Assembly: GCF_004010195.1 (NCBI RefSeq)
Contig: NC_057711.1
Span: forward strand, 75,256,722-75,320,721
Source: Chiloscyllium plagiosum
Taxonomy: Eukaryota
Direction: 5' to 3'
Length of the DNA: 64,000 bases
The first letter of the stretch is position 1; the number at the start of each line of letters is the position of its first letter. The translations under genes were made by a program, and so were the position numbers. The notes beneath the pieces were generated by a model that made no database searches, was not told the DNA's origin, and saw nothing but the letters and a program-made list of their open reading frames with translations. Positions 63,416-64,000 of the stretch are shown in pieces.

Positions 63416-64000
63416 TTTCCTTTGGGATAAAACTGGAACACAAGTGGAAGCTTACTCCAAATTAGAATCTAAAGTGCTGCACAGCTGGATTTTAAATGTG
63501 ACACCAGTGGCACAAACGTCATAAAATCTCAGCAGCGGCAAATACTTCCGCCTTTCCTGCTGCACGGTTCCACAGAGGGCTATTGCATGAGTAATGAGAT
63601 TACGAGCAGACGGAGTTGCACAAGGTGTAGTGGACCCACTACCACGAATCTTGCCAAAAAGGCACTGGGGCTAAAATATCTTTGCATCACTCTTGATCAT
63701 ACATTACCCAACAGCACTACCTCCCAGTCCACTGCAGCTAAGGTCAGAGCCAGGGGGAGTCTTGCAGGAATATCAGCTGGAGCTGCAGAACCAATACTTC
63801 CTTCACCCTGGTCTACCCAACAGAGCAAAGCTCTTCAAACTGGCTCTGGAGTTGCCACACCAACAGAGTAGATATCTACCCCCAGAAAGGCACCCCAATG
63901 ATTTTCCCAGGAAGTTGCGCTCTAGAGAAATAAACTATCTCCTCTTGTTTAACCCCATTATTCCCCCACCATTTCTACCCAAAACCAAACAAATAAATGC

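Noticed and set aside
1..64000. CRISPR array, prokaryotic defence system or endogenous virus
   Set aside because: No regularly spaced repeat-spacer array, operon-like ORF cluster or viral ORF was seen.

Overview
Eukaryotic, repeat-rich DNA. The repeat set (HE1-type tRNA SINEs, many CR1 LINEs, Penelope-like elements) indicates a cartilaginous fish, probably a shark; that assignment is inference. There is no prokaryotic operon, CRISPR array, rRNA or true tRNA gene, and most ORFs in the track are transposon debris or chance. The main host feature is a CpG-rich promoter and first exon at about 32.7-33.04 kb (+), ending GCCACC-ATGCGAG|GTAAGA. No second exon was found, so the gene is unidentified and everything downstream looks intronic. 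That promoter sits in a repeat-poor zone and carries clusters of MiT/TFE M-box, FOXO and TGACAG motifs. A speculative divergent minus-strand spliced transcript (about 32.6 to 12.8 kb) could encode a small secreted peptide. Mobile DNA includes about a dozen Penelope-like elements carrying minimal hammerhead ribozyme motifs (three with intact cores), CR1 and other LINE fragments, Gypsy LTR remnants, a Tigger-like MITE, Harbinger fossils and a decayed THAP + SWIM + YqaJ-nuclease fossil. A 500-N gap lies at 59072-59571. All calls were read by eye, and repeat boundaries are approximate.
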